Part shown: piece by piece, positions 50,542-61,626 of the stretch
How positions within the stretch are numbered: position 1 is the stretch's first letter
How the letters are laid out: each line of letters opens with the position of its first letter
DNA from: Candidatus Methylacidiphilales bacterium
GTDB lineage: Bacteria > Verrucomicrobiota > Verrucomicrobiia > Methylacidiphilales > JBCBYL01
Assembly: GCA_050329585.1 (NCBI GenBank)
Contig: JBHJOR010000001.1
Location: 5,967 to 69,966 of the forward strand
Length of the DNA: 64,000 bases
Direction: 5' to 3'
Position numbers and translations under genes: made by a program
The notes under the pieces: generated by a model
The model's input: only the letters and a program-made list of their open reading frames with translations
Told to the model about the DNA's origin: nothing
Database searches by the model: none

Positions 50542-52789
50542 TTAAAGGTCGATTCGGAAACCGCCGGTGGCGCTGTTGGACAGGTAGCCTTCTTGGCCAA
50601 ACTGGACTTGCCATCCAAGGCTAAAATGAATGTTTTCCGCTTCGGTGAGGGAAGCATTAAAGCCTGCTCCGATGACCCCGATGTTTCGATCCGGGTTTTC
50701 GGTTGAAACCGTAAAGCTGGCCAGTGCGGGATCATTAAAGCGGGTGGTCACATCGCGGGAATGATCCAGCACTTCGTAATACCAGGCTCCTGAAAAATAT
50801 GGAGCCACCCAACCCCACGTGCCTTCCAGCACTTTGGAAATCTCAAATCCCACGTTGGGGCGCAGTGAGTGAGCGGTTTGTTCATTGTAGCTCAAATCTC
50901 CGCCGTTGAGCCCGGATTCGGAGAAATCTTCCACGTGGAGCAAAGCGTATTGAAGACCCGCTTTGGGAGTCAACCGCCAGGAGCGATCTTTTCCGAAATA
51001 GAGATTTCGGGAAAGTTCCAGCGCTCCGGTAAGTTGATGACTATCTGCGTCACTTTCCGCTGTGCCGGTGAAACCAGGGGATACGATTTTTCGTTCATTG
51101 TCATATCCCATGTAGCCGTAACCCACGATGCCGCTAGCGATCCAGTCTGACCATTGGTAACGGGCATAGGTGCCGACTTGAGCTCCTGAGCCTTCCATTT
51201 TGGAGCCGAAGCGATCCACTTCCGCATCCACTCCCTGATAGCCTACATATACACCAGCCGAGAGATTGGCATTGATGTTTTTACCCATGCCGATGGTAGC
51301 GGAGGTGCTGATGGTTTCGCTCTCCGCCAGAGCGGAGGTGGCATCTTGTGAGGCATAGGATCCTGATCCCATGACAAAAGTTTGCCATTCATAGTCGGGA
51401 ATGGGAGCCGAGTTGGAAGCGGCGGCGGCAGCCAGTGCGGAGGAGTCACCTTGAGTAGCGTTGCTCATGGCGAGGAGACGACTGTCGGTAGAGACCAGAA
51501 GCGGTGCCAAGTCCCTCCGATGCCAGTCAAAGTAGGACAGATCGGTTCCGGTTTGCGCGTTTTTACCGATATGTGCTAGTTGGCTGAAAAGACCGGACGT
51601 GAATCGGGTGGTGTTGTTAAACGCGATGTTGGAGAGGGAGTGGTGGAAGATCTGGCCGCTGGCCGTTTTAGCCAGATCGTTCAACTCCGTTTCCGGAATG
51701 CTGTTAAGAGCTAGAAACACATCCGCGAAGCCGTCGCTAACCGCGCCGGTGGTGTTGAAATTGTCTAACACTCTGGAGAATCCGTTCAATCCGGGAACGG
51801 TGATGAGTGTCCCGAAGGTTTGAAAACCTGAGGCGGTGGCATTTTCAAAATTGGCTATGGTGAACGACCGGCCAAACACGGTGATCGTGCCATTGGGGCC
51901 TGCGGCCACCAACGAATCGGCGAACTCTTGTGAAAAGCCTCTCCAGTCCCGCAGGTTGATGGTGTCGGTGCCGTTTTCTCCATCGATGACTCCAGTAATG
52001 ATCGAAAAACCGATAAGATTCAGGGTGTCGTTGTTTCCTCCCAAAGCGATGGCTCGGCCACCTCCTATAGCCGTAATCGTGCTGCCGCGAATGGTGACGG
52101 TGTCAGCGTTTGCGCCCGTATCGATTGCCACGCCCCCTGCGCTGGCGGTGATTCGGCTGTTGGTGATTTCCAAGTTGTCGTTTCCTCCGCCCAGGTTGAT
52201 GCCCCGGCCGCCACCGGAGACGACGATGTTGGAATTGATTATACGAACGGTATCATCACCCCCACCGGCAGAGATTCCTTGGCCTGTTCCCAGAACCTTG
52301 ATGGTGGCTCCATTCAGGAAAAAAACGTCGTCATTGCCCGAACCGTTGAGGGCATCTCCCCCTCCGGAGTTGATAGTGACCGATCCGAAAACGGAGACGC
52401 TGGTGTTGTTTCCATTGATGGTGATCCCGTGATGATTATTACTAACACCGTTGACAATAAGTGTGCCCGAGTGCGTAAGCGTGGAATTGGCTCCTATACG
52501 GATGCCTTGGTTGTTATTACTGGTGAGCACGGATTCCCGGCTGATCGTGATGGTATGCCCCCCCACCCGTTCCTTCAATGGCGTGGGAACCCGTGGTGGT
52601 GATGTTTCCATTGATAGTAAGCGTGTCTCCCGCTGCCAGGTTGGCGGGTGCGCCCGTGAGATCACCTGCATTGGTGGTGGTACTTGAGGTGCCAGAGGCT
52701 TGGGTAAAATCTGCTGAACGTAGTGCGACAGCCGAGTGAAAATAGAAAACGGCTAATACCACAGCACCTCCAACGTAGTGGTGTTTCAT
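50542..52789 (-). pseudogene. Autotransporter adhesin split by a +1 frameshift in a G7 run (phase-variable or sequencing error)
   Basis: Signal-peptide ORF (MKHHYVGG...) and passenger/beta-barrel ORF join in frame if one C of the C7 at 52558-52564 is removed. Confidence 0.8.
51950..52350 (-). repeat. RTX-like G-G-x-D repeats in the autotransporter passenger
   Basis: GSGNDDV, GGGDDTV, GGGNDNL, GANADTV, GGNNDTL, GENGTDTI at roughly regular spacing. Confidence 0.7.
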
Positions 52790-52950
52790 AAAAACTGTTG
52801 ATTGAGTCTGACTCATCGTTACGCAACTTTATATGCCACTTGTATCTCATACGATTAACTATTTAAGTGCGTTATTCATTTTTTGCCTTATTTTTACGCA
52901 CACTTGCCGTAGACGCACTTGACAAAACTCATGCGGACTGTCCTGATGCG

Positions 52951-53637
52951 ATGATGCAACCGGAAAATCGTCCGACCACCCCGATGGAAACGTATCCTTG
53001 GCAGGTGTTGTGGAATCTTTTGATCGCTTTGGTGGATCATGCGAAACAACACCGCAGACTGCTGCTGGTCGGCTGGTTGGGCGTCTTGCTGGCGTGCCTG
53101 ATCCTTCTGCTGTTTGACCGGGATCTGGCAACATGGCTGAGCCCGGCGGAACGAGGAGGGTGGATCAATGAGTGGGCACGGGGTTTAAGCTATTGGGGCG
53201 ATTTCTTAACCTTCTGCGTGCCGGTTGGCTTGATACTCGCTGCGCTAGGCTGGATAGTCCGGCGAGGCGACCTGAAACGGGCCGGACTGGCCTGCATTCT
53301 AGGTGCCGCAATGGCCGGACTGTGCGCCGACGCGGTGCAAATCGCGGTGGGTCGTCCTCGCCCCCGCTCCCAATCGCAGGAAGCGATGACCGGCTTCAAT
53401 CTGAAATCCGAATTCCACGCTTTCCCCTCGGGACATTCGGCCACCCAATTTGGATCGGCTACGGCGTTGGCAGTCTGTTACCCACCGGCCGCCCCGGTTT
53501 TGATGGTGGCTTCCGCAGGCGTGGCGTGGTCGCGCCTTTACCTGGGAGCGCACTATGTCTCGGATGTGGTGGCGGGCTCCGCGCTGGGAATCTGTTTTGG
53601 CTGGCTGGTGGGCCGCGCTGCGCGCCGACCCCGCTGA
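52951..53637 (+). CDS. PAP2-family phosphatase (undecaprenyl-PP or lipid A phosphatase-like)
   Basis: GRPRP, FPSGH, SRLYLGAHYVSDV; TM segments. Confidence 0.9.
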   Translation: MMQPENRPTTPMETYPWQVLWNLLIALVDHAKQHRRLLLVGWLGVLLACLILLLFDRDLATWLSPAERGGWINEWARGLSYWGDFLTFCVPVGLILAALGWIVRRGDLKRAGLACILGAAMAGLCADAVQIAVGRPRPRSQSQEAMTGFNLKSEFHAFPSGHSATQFGSATALAVCYPPAAPVLMVASAGVAWSRLYLGAHYVSDVVAGSALGICFGWLVGRAARRPR

Positions 53638-53697
53638 TCCTGATCTTCATGGATGCGGGCTTTCCCTCATCAAACGAGTGCGCTAAGCTAAAGGTTC

Positions 53698-55596
53698 ATG
53701 TTCATCTATCCGAAGACCTATGATGTGGTGGTGGTGGGAGCGGGCCATGCGGGCTGTGAAGCCGCGCTGGCTGCTGCGCGGCTGGGAGCGCACACGTTGA
53801 TGCTGACCATGAATCTGGACACCGTGGCCCAGATGAGCTGCAACCCTGCGATCGGAGGACTGGCCAAAGGACACTTGGTGCGGGAAATCGATGCCCTGGG
53901 CGGAGCGATGGGAATCAATACCGATGCCACCGGCATTCAATTCAGGATGCTCAATACCAAAAAGGGGGCCAGCGTCCGCGCCCCCCGGGCTCAGTGCGAT
54001 AAAAAAGCCTACCAGTTCCGGATGAAGTATATTCTCGAGTCCCAACCCAACTTGGATCTCAAACAGGGAAGCATCGCCGACCTCTTGGTGGAGGGCGATC
54101 ATGTAACGGGCATCACCACCACGCTGGGAGTCCTTTATCCGGCGCGCACCGTCATCATCACCACCGGCACCTTTCTCAAAGCACTGATGCATGTGGGGCT
54201 ACAAAATACCCAAGGCGGGCGGATGGGCGATGGCGTGAGCGGGTTTTCGGAAACCTTGAAGCGATTGGGTTTCGAAGTGGAGCGGCTCAAAACGGGAACC
54301 CCTCCTCGACTCAATGGGCGCACCATCGACTTCAACAAAATGACCCGTCAGGATGGTGATACACCACCACCGCATTTCAGCAGCATGGTGGATCGATTAC
54401 AGCCGGGGCCGGAAGAACTCTTTACCTTGAACCGCTGGGAACATGGATTGTTCCACGTGGAACAATCACCCTGTTGGCTCTCCCACACCAACCTTCAGAC
54501 CGCGGACATCATCCGTGCCAACCTCGACCGCTCTCCCCTCTATTGCGGCATCATTGAGGGAATCGGTCCCCGCTACTGCCCCTCTCTGGAGGATAAGATC
54601 GTCCGGTTCGCGGATAAGGAAAGTCATCAAGTTTTTCTCGAACCTGAGGGACGCCACACCCATGAATATTATATCAACGGCTGCTCCACCAGCCTTCCTG
54701 TTGAGATCCAATACGATTTCATCCGCACCATCCCCGGCTTGGAGCACGTAGAACTCCTGCGCCCCGGCTACGCGGTGGAATACGACTTCTGCCCACCTAC
54801 CCAGCTCCTGCCCCATTTGGAAACCAAACGTGTCTGTGGTCTCTTTTTTGCCGGTCAACTCAATGGCACTTCCGGCTATGAGGAAGCCGCTGCTCAAGGC
54901 CTGATGGCCGGCATCAACGCCGCCCTCAAGGTTCAATCCAGGCCTCCTTTTATCCTCGGTCGACATGAAGCCTACATCGGGGTGTTGATTGACGACTTGG
55001 TCACCAAGGGCACCAAGGAACCTTACCGCATGTTCACCTCCCGGGCCGAATACCGATTGCTTTTGAGGCAAGATAATGCCGACCTGCGGCTCACCGAACG
55101 AGGACATGAAATCGGACTGGTGGATTCCGACCGGCTGGCGCGGGTCAAAGAAAAACGTTCTGAGGCGGAACGCCTCACCCTCGAGTTAGAGACCATCTGG
55201 CATGAAGGAAAAACGTGGGCTAAGTGGCTGCGGATGCCCGAGCACGATTGGAGTTTCCTCCCTGAGGTTTACCACAACACACCGGAAGACATCGCCACCG
55301 AGGTGCTCACCTCCATCAAATACGCCGGATATATTGAGCGCGAGCTCCACCAGATCGCCCGGCAACGTGAGTTGGAGGAAAAAACGATTCCTGCTTGGGT
55401 CGATTACGATGTCATCAAGGGACTCAAAAACGAGGCCCGCATCAAACTTAAAACCATTACTCCCCGATCCTTTGGACAAGCCTCCCGCATCTCCGGCATC
55501 ACGCCCTCGGATCTTTCCCTGCTGGCCGTTTATGTGAAACGCGGCCGCGGGTCACAGAATCGTGATGAAGAACGTCCGCTCACGAGCGAAAAATAA
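53698..55596 (+). CDS. mnmG: tRNA uridine-5-carboxymethylaminomethyl modification enzyme
   Basis: GAGHAGCEAA, MSCNPAIGG, RLKTGTPPR, GPRYCPS, AGQLNGTSGYEEAAAQG. Confidence 0.98.
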   Translation: MFIYPKTYDVVVVGAGHAGCEAALAAARLGAHTLMLTMNLDTVAQMSCNPAIGGLAKGHLVREIDALGGAMGINTDATGIQFRMLNTKKGASVRAPRAQCDKKAYQFRMKYILESQPNLDLKQGSIADLLVEGDHVTGITTTLGVLYPARTVIITTGTFLKALMHVGLQNTQGGRMGDGVSGFSETLKRLGFEVERLKTGTPPRLNGRTIDFNKMTRQDGDTPPPHFSSMVDRLQPGPEELFTLNRWEHGLFHVEQSPCWLSHTNLQTADIIRANLDRSPLYCGIIEGIGPRYCPSLEDKIVRFADKESHQVFLEPEGRHTHEYYINGCSTSLPVEIQYDFIRTIPGLEHVELLRPGYAVEYDFCPPTQLLPHLETKRVCGLFFAGQLNGTSGYEEAAAQGLMAGINAALKVQSRPPFILGRHEAYIGVLIDDLVTKGTKEPYRMFTSRAEYRLLLRQDNADLRLTERGHEIGLVDSDRLARVKEKRSEAERLTLELETIWHEGKTWAKWLRMPEHDWSFLPEVYHNTPEDIATEVLTSIKYAGYIERELHQIARQRELEEKTIPAWVDYDVIKGLKNEARIKLKTITPRSFGQASRISGITPSDLSLLAVYVKRGRGSQNRDEERPLTSEK

Positions 55597-55918
55597 AATA
55601 CACCGCCCCACAAAGGCACAGCCCTGCCCAAAGATAGTTCCACGTCATCGGCTCTTTCATGTAATACAGCGCAAACGGGACAAACACGCTCAATGTAATG
55701 ACCTCCTGCAGAATTTTGAGCTGTGGAAGCGACAGAGCGGTGAAACCAATGCGATTGGCCGGAACCTGAAACATGTATTCAAAAAAAGCGATTCCCCAAC
55801 TCACCAGAATGGCCACATAGAGTGGTTTGGCCGAAAGATCCTTCAAATGTGCATACCATGCGAAGGTCATAAAACAGTTGGATATTAAAAGCAGCACAAC
55901 GGTCTGGGCAGTAATCAT
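55580..55918 (-). CDS. DMT-family small membrane protein (DUF486)
   Basis: SN.FMTFAWYAHLK, EY.FQVPANRIG, QLKILQEVITL. Confidence 0.9.
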   Translation of the reverse strand: MITAQTVVLLLISNCFMTFAWYAHLKDLSAKPLYVAILVSWGIAFFEYMFQVPANRIGFTALSLPQLKILQEVITLSVFVPFALYYMKEPMTWNYLWAGLCLCGAVYFIFRS

Positions 55919-56022
55919 CGTGCCTCGCAAACTAAAAACTCCGTTTCACCCGTCAAGCTACCAACTAGCATAATCCTCCGATTGCCAATACCTCCTGCGT
56001 GTGGTAGATTAGGCGACTTCAC

Positions 56023-58110
56023 ATGAGCACGTCCCCGAACGCCACACCCAAGCCCCCTAAACTACCTAAAGCCCCCAAGCGCAAGCCCACAGATTCAGGA
56101 TCTCCCGCCCCGCAAAATTGGAAAGGGCTCTCCCTTTTCATGATAGCCGCTTCCTTGCTGATGCTCGCCTTCTGGTCGCATCAAGTCAGCAATAAAGCCG
56201 CCACCCGCGATATCACCACCACCCAGCTCTACCAGGAACTGGATGCTAAAAACGTCAAAGACATCGCCCTCTTTTCCGAACCTACCACCGGGATAACCTT
56301 CCTTAAGGGAGAATTCATCAACCCACTTCCCGCTGACGAAACCAAACGCCTTCCTACCGCTGCCGGATTCAAAGCCACGGTTATTCTCGAGTTTGAAAAA
56401 AACCTTCATCAACGGCTCGCCGATAACGGGTTTCCAGACATCCGCCAAGAAACCATCGACAATAAATTCTGGCAGCTCTTCGCCGGAATGATCCCCTTCA
56501 TTCTGTTCATCCTCATCATGTATTTCTTTTTCCGCCAGCAGATTAAGTCCGCCGGAAAAGGCGCCTTCAGTTTCGGCAAAAGCAAAGCCCGCATCCTCAA
56601 TAAGGATAAAAATAAAATCACCTTCAAAGACGTCGCCGGAGTCGATGAAGCCAAAGATGAGGTTCAGGAAATCGTCGAATTTCTCAAAGACCCCAAGCGC
56701 TTTCAACGTCTGGGCGGTAAAATCCCCAAAGGGGTGTTGATGGTAGGGCCTCCGGGCACCGGTAAGACACTGCTGGCCAAAGCCATCGCCGGCGAAGCCG
56801 ATGTTCCCTTCTACGGTATCAGCGGCTCCGACTTTGTGGAAATGTTTGTCGGGGTAGGTGCCTCACGGGTGCGCGACATGTTTGAGCAGGGTCGCAAAAA
56901 TGCCCCCTGCCTGATTTTTATTGATGAAATTGACGCTGTGGGACGGAGCCGTGGACACGGCCTCGGTGGCGGTCATGACGAACGCGAGCAAACGCTAAAT
57001 GCCCTGCTGGTCGAAATGGACGGCATCGACACCCAGGAGGGCGTCATCATGATCGCCGCCACCAACCGTAAAGATGTGCTCGATCCCGCCCTGTTACGCC
57101 CGGGACGTTTTGACCGGGAAGTCACCGTCTCCCTGCCCGATGTCAAAGGACGCCAACAAATCCTAGAAGTCCATGCCAACAAAGTTAAATTGGCCGATGA
57201 TGTGGATTGGAGTATTGTCGCCCGCGGAACCCCCGGCTTTTCCGGCGCCGAGCTCGCCAACCTGATCAACGAGGCCGCCCTGCGCGCCGCCCGCGTCAAC
57301 GCTCCGCACATCACCACCAAAGACCTCATGGAAGCCCGCGATAAAGTGGCCTTCGGTCGCGAGCGCCGGAGCATGGCCATGACCGAAAAACAGAAAAAAT
57401 TAACGGCTTACCATGAAGCGGGTCACGCCATCCTGAGCGTCGTCTTGAATCACACAGATCCCTTGGAAAAGGTAACCATCATTCCCCGAGGCGGCGCACT
57501 CGGTGCCACCATCAGTCTTCCCAAAGATGACGACTTCCTGTATGGCTACGGCAAGAAAAAGCTGGTCGATGATCTGTGTATGACCATGGGCGGTCGGGTA
57601 GCCGAAGAGTTCTTTCTTGGTGACATCTCCACCGGTGCCTCAGGCGATATCCGCATGGCCACCGGCAAAGCCAAAAGTATGATCTGCCGCTGGGGTATGA
57701 GCGATCGCCTCGGTATGGTAGAATACGGGGATCATGATGATTACGTTTTCCTCGGGCGGGAAATGGGAAAGAGCCGTGGATACAGCGAGGAAACCGCACG
57801 CCTGATTGATAACGAGGTGCTCCAGCTCATCAATACCGCCTACTCCCGAGCCAAGGAAATTATCGAAGAATACCGCGATAAGGTCGAAGCAATCGCCCAA
57901 GCCTTACTGGAATACGAAACCCTTGATGGCAAACACATCGAAGACATCGTCCGCACCGGGCGCATGAGTAATCCCCCTGAGAAAACTCCTCCTCCCGCTG
58001 CGCAACCTGCTCCACAAGAAGCGCTTAAGACCATTCCTGCGGATCGGGAATCTTCCCGGGCTGACGACGGCCCCTTGCCCGGGCTAGAGGGGGCTCCTGC
58101 CGGAGCTTAA
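56023..58110 (+). CDS. ftsH: ATP-dependent zinc metalloprotease FtsH
   Basis: Two TMs, [27 protein letters not shown]. Confidence 0.98.
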   Translation: MSTSPNATPKPPKLPKAPKRKPTDSGSPAPQNWKGLSLFMIAASLLMLAFWSHQVSNKAATRDITTTQLYQELDAKNVKDIALFSEPTTGITFLKGEFINPLPADETKRLPTAAGFKATVILEFEKNLHQRLADNGFPDIRQETIDNKFWQLFAGMIPFILFILIMYFFFRQQIKSAGKGAFSFGKSKARILNKDKNKITFKDVAGVDEAKDEVQEIVEFLKDPKRFQRLGGKIPKGVLMVGPPGTGKTLLAKAIAGEADVPFYGISGSDFVEMFVGVGASRVRDMFEQGRKNAPCLIFIDEIDAVGRSRGHGLGGGHDEREQTLNALLVEMDGIDTQEGVIMIAATNRKDVLDPALLRPGRFDREVTVSLPDVKGRQQILEVHANKVKLADDVDWSIVARGTPGFSGAELANLINEAALRAARVNAPHITTKDLMEARDKVAFGRERRSMAMTEKQKKLTAYHEAGHAILSVVLNHTDPLEKVTIIPRGGALGATISLPKDDDFLYGYGKKKLVDDLCMTMGGRVAEEFFLGDISTGASGDIRMATGKAKSMICRWGMSDRLGMVEYGDHDDYVFLGREMGKSRGYSEETARLIDNEVLQLINTAYSRAKEIIEEYRDKVEAIAQALLEYETLDGKHIEDIVRTGRMSNPPEKTPPPAAQPAPQEALKTIPADRESSRADDGPLPGLEGAPAGA

Positions 58111-58149
58111 GGTGGGGTTTCTTCCCCTGCCACGCCTGCCTAACCGCGC

Positions 58150-59013
58150 ATGACATCTTGGCATCACTCCCGCGGTGAGTTGCTACTCGGTAACCGTCCC
58201 GCCTTGATGGGCATTCTCAATGTCACACCGGATTCCTTTTCCGACGGAGGCCGCTACGACCAGCCCGATGCCGCCCTCGCACATGCGATCGAAATGCTGG
58301 GTGCGGGCGCGGATATCATCGACATCGGGGGAGAATCGACCCGCCCCGGTTCTCTTCCCGTTTCAGCCCAAACCGAATGCACCCGCATTTTACCGGTTAT
58401 CCAGGGACTGGTTCAGGAGCGTCCGGACGCCCTGATCAGTATTGACACCACCAAAGCCGAGGTGGCACGAGCCGCCCTGCGTGCCGGGGCTTGTATCGTC
58501 AATGATATCTCAGGGGGCCTTTGGGATCCGGAAATGGTTCCCGTGGTGCGGGAACACCTTGCTGGATATGTATGCACCCACAGCCTGGACCGGCCGGCCA
58601 TCATGCAACATGATCCGCACTATCCGAATGTGGTCTTTGATGTGCGGCGTTTTCTCGAACAGCGCAAGTGCGACCTGTTGGATCACGGACTGGAGGAAAA
58701 ACGGTTGTGTTTCGATGTGGGTATTGGTTTCGGTAAAACCGCCGCGCACAACCTCGCGTTGATCCGGGCGGGAGCCGCAGGCGGGTTCCAAGGTCTCGAC
58801 CGTCCCATGCTTTGGGGACTCTCGCGCAAATCTTTCATCGAAAAAACACTGAACCGCCCGACTCCGGATCGCCTGGCGGGTGGCCTGGCTGCCCACGCGG
58901 TATTATTAACGTCCTTGCAACCCCAGATCTGGCGCGTGCATGATGTCCGCGCATCCATGGATTTTATTGAAATCTACAGAGCTCTCGCCTCCCCTACAGA
59001 CCGCACTTCTTGA
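58150..59013 (+). CDS. folP: Dihydropteroate synthase
   Basis: MGILNVTPDSFSDGG, GGESTRPG, SRKSF, RVHDV. Confidence 0.96.
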   Translation: MTSWHHSRGELLLGNRPALMGILNVTPDSFSDGGRYDQPDAALAHAIEMLGAGADIIDIGGESTRPGSLPVSAQTECTRILPVIQGLVQERPDALISIDTTKAEVARAALRAGACIVNDISGGLWDPEMVPVVREHLAGYVCTHSLDRPAIMQHDPHYPNVVFDVRRFLEQRKCDLLDHGLEEKRLCFDVGIGFGKTAAHNLALIRAGAAGGFQGLDRPMLWGLSRKSFIEKTLNRPTPDRLAGGLAAHAVLLTSLQPQIWRVHDVRASMDFIEIYRALASPTDRTS

Positions 59014-60288
59014 AGGTGCTGTCGAGATGACGGAAATGGCGGTCGATGGAGCAGACGGCTTTCAGGTCGGCAGGCGAAATGTATTGTTTGAGTTCTTCAT
59101 CGCGCAGGAGGTGGGTCAGGAAATCCTCTTCCCCTCCGTTCCAACAGGCCATGGCGTTGCGCTGCACCATTTCATAAGCTTGACGGCGCGGTAGTCCGCG
59201 ATCGGTCAGTTCCAAGAGCACGCTTTGGGAATGGTAAAGTCCTTTGGTTAACGCGAGATTGCGCTTCATATTTTCCGGGTAAACCAACTGGCGTTCGACC
59301 AGCTCCTTGAGCTTGACCAGCATGTAGTCCAGCAGTCCGGTGGAATCGGGAAGCACCACGCGCTCGACGGAGGAATGGGAGATGTCCCGTTCATGCCACA
59401 GTGCCACATTCTCCATCCCGGCCAAGGCATTGCCGCGCAGCACCCGCGCCAGTCCGCTGAGACGTTCTCCGATGATCGGGTTGCGCTTGTGGGGCATCGC
59501 ACTGGAACCTTTCTGTCCCTTGGCGAAAAATTCTTCGACTTCCAGCACCTCGGTGCGTTGCAAATGGCGGAACTCGGTGGCCCATCGATCCACACTGCTG
59601 GCAATCAATGCCAGGGTATTAAGAAACTCGGCATGGCGGTCGCGCTGGATAATCTGGGTGGAAACGTGGGCTGGCTCGAGCTTAAGTTTACGGCAAACGT
59701 ATTCCTCCACCCGTGGATCGAGGTGAGCGTGGGTGCCAACCGCTCCGGAAAGTTTGCCCACGGCGATACGGCGGCGCGCCTCACGCAAGCGTTCTTCAGC
59801 CCTTCCGAATTCCTCGAACATCAACGCCATTTTCAGTCCGTAGCTGACCGGTTCGGCGTGGATGCCGTGGGAGCGACCGATCATGGGAGTGCGTTTGTAT
59901 TTGCGCGCTTTAGAAGCCACCACGCGGCGGAGTTGCTTGAGATCGTCCAACAGGATGTCGGCGGCCCGGCAGCACTGGACAGCAATGGTGGTGTCCAGCA
60001 GATCCGATGAGGTCAATCCCTGGTGAATCCACCTGCCCGCCGGCCCGACATGGGTGGCCACTTCTTCCAAAAAGGCCAACACATCATGATGGGTGCGTTC
60101 TTCATTCTTGCGGACTTGCTTGATGTCAAAACGTGCGGTGCGTCGAATAGCTTCCGCATCCGCTTTAGGAATACGTCCGATGCGCGCCATGCCTTCACAG
60201 GCCAACACTTCGATTTCAAGCCAGATTCCCAGTTTGGTATCTTCGGTCCAAAGGGATGCCATCTGCGGGCGTGAGTAACGTTCGATCA
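58994..60288 (-). CDS. purB: Adenylosuccinate lyase
   Basis: MIERYS, GRSHGIHAEP, GSSAMPHKRNP, ERDISHSS. Confidence 0.97.
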
Positions 60289-60330
60289 TAGAGGCGGAAC
60301 TTAACCATGTCCTTGCTCCGGCTACCAAAC

Positions 60331-60366
60331 AAAAAAAAGCGGCGTCCCTGAGTAGGGACGCCGCTT
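60331..60366 (-). terminator. Rho-independent terminator of glnII
   Basis: GCGGCGTCCCT-GAGT-AGGGACGCCGC 11-bp stem with A8 on the plus strand (U-tract on minus). Confidence 0.9.
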
Positions 60367-60412
60367 GGGGTTCGCTAAATGTTTTCTGAGAGTTAAGAAG
60401 TTCTTACTGAAC

Positions 60413-61426
60413 TTATTTGGTCGGAACTTCGGAGATGGTCTTGAGGATCCGGCTGGCGATCGCATAGGGGTCGCCTTGGGAGTTGGGACGACGATCTTCG
60501 AGGTAACCTTTATATCCATTGTTGACGAAGCTGTGGGGGATACGAATGGATGCGCCGCGGTCGGCCAGTCCATAGGTGAACTTGTCGATGGATTGGGTTT
60601 CATGGAGGCCGGTCAAACGCAGGTGGTTGTCCGGTCCATAGACCGCGATGTGCTCGTCCATGTTTTTCTCGAACTGCTTCATCAGTGCTTCGAAGTATTC
60701 TTTGCCACCGACTTCTCGCAGATGTTTGGTGGAGAAGTTGGAGTGCATGCCGGAACCGTTCCAGTCTCCGCGGAAAGGCTTACAGTGGTATTCGACATCC
60801 ACGCAGTATTTTTCGCAGAGGCGGTTCAGGAGGTAACGTGCCACCCAGACTTGATCGGCGGCGGTGCGGGATCCTTTTCCGAAGATTTGGAATTCCCACT
60901 GACCTTTGGCCACTTCGGCGTTGATACCCTCATGGTTGATACCGGCTTCCAAACACGCATCCAGATGTTCTTCCACGATTTCGCGGGCGATGTTACCAAC
61001 ATTTTGATAACCCACACCCGTGTAATATTCACCTTGTGGAGTGGGGTAACCATCCGAGGGCCAGCCGAGGGGCTTGCCGTCTTGGAACAGGAAATATTCC
61101 TGCTCGAAGCCAAACCAAGCATCAGGATCGTCCAGGATGGTGGCACGGGTGTTGGAGACGTGAGGGGTGCCGTCGGCATTCATGACTTCGCACATGACGA
61201 GAGCACCGTTTTTGCGATCCGAGTCGGGGTAAACGGCCACGGGCTTGAGCATACAGTCGGAACTGCCTCCGGGTGCCTGACGGGTGGAGCTGCCATCGAA
61301 TCCCCACATGGGCAGCTGATCCAGCTTGGGAAAGCTGGAATATTCTTCAATTTTGGTTTTGCTGCGCAGGTTGGCCACCGGGGTGTAGCCGTCCAGCCAG
61401 ATGTATTCGAGTCTGTATTTTGCCAT
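60413..61426 (-). CDS. glnII: Glutamine synthetase type II
   Basis: EYIWLDG, LRSKT, FDGSST, INAEVAKGQWEFQ, DWNGSGMH, RLTGLHET, GYLEDRRP; about 337 aa. Confidence 0.95.
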   Translation of the reverse strand: MAKYRLEYIWLDGYTPVANLRSKTKIEEYSSFPKLDQLPMWGFDGSSTRQAPGGSSDCMLKPVAVYPDSDRKNGALVMCEVMNADGTPHVSNTRATILDDPDAWFGFEQEYFLFQDGKPLGWPSDGYPTPQGEYYTGVGYQNVGNIAREIVEEHLDACLEAGINHEGINAEVAKGQWEFQIFGKGSRTAADQVWVARYLLNRLCEKYCVDVEYHCKPFRGDWNGSGMHSNFSTKHLREVGGKEYFEALMKQFEKNMDEHIAVYGPDNHLRLTGLHETQSIDKFTYGLADRGASIRIPHSFVNNGYKGYLEDRRPNSQGDPYAIASRILKTISEVPTK

Positions 61427-61522
61427 AAATAAGTAGTGTTGTTGTTGGTTGTTTTTCCTCACGTCACCTCATGCCACAGAATGCCCTGAAGGACTCCCGT
61501 GAGTTAGGTATGGATCGTATTA

Positions 61523-61539
61523 AGCACAAACGATGCCAA
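61523..61539 (-). promoter_or_regulatory. Sigma54 -24/-12 promoter for glnII
   Basis: Minus strand TTGGCATCGTTTGTGCT (TGGCA-N7-TGC); AT-rich tract at 61546-61561 immediately upstream. Confidence 0.8.
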
Positions 61540-61626
61540 TTGCCCATTTATATTTAAATTACGGGACTCCATCGATTTCCGCTGGTTCCTTGCCTCCATC
61601 CCGCGTTTCGCCCTAGGATGATCGTT

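Noticed and set aside
52823-52838. Sigma54 promoter for the autotransporter
   Set aside because: Spacing is GG-N11-GC and sigma54 spacing is strict; discussed under the finding instead of listed as a feature
60365-61432. 355-aa plus-strand ORF opposite glnII
   Set aside because: Antisense mirror of a highly codon-biased gene; no protein motif
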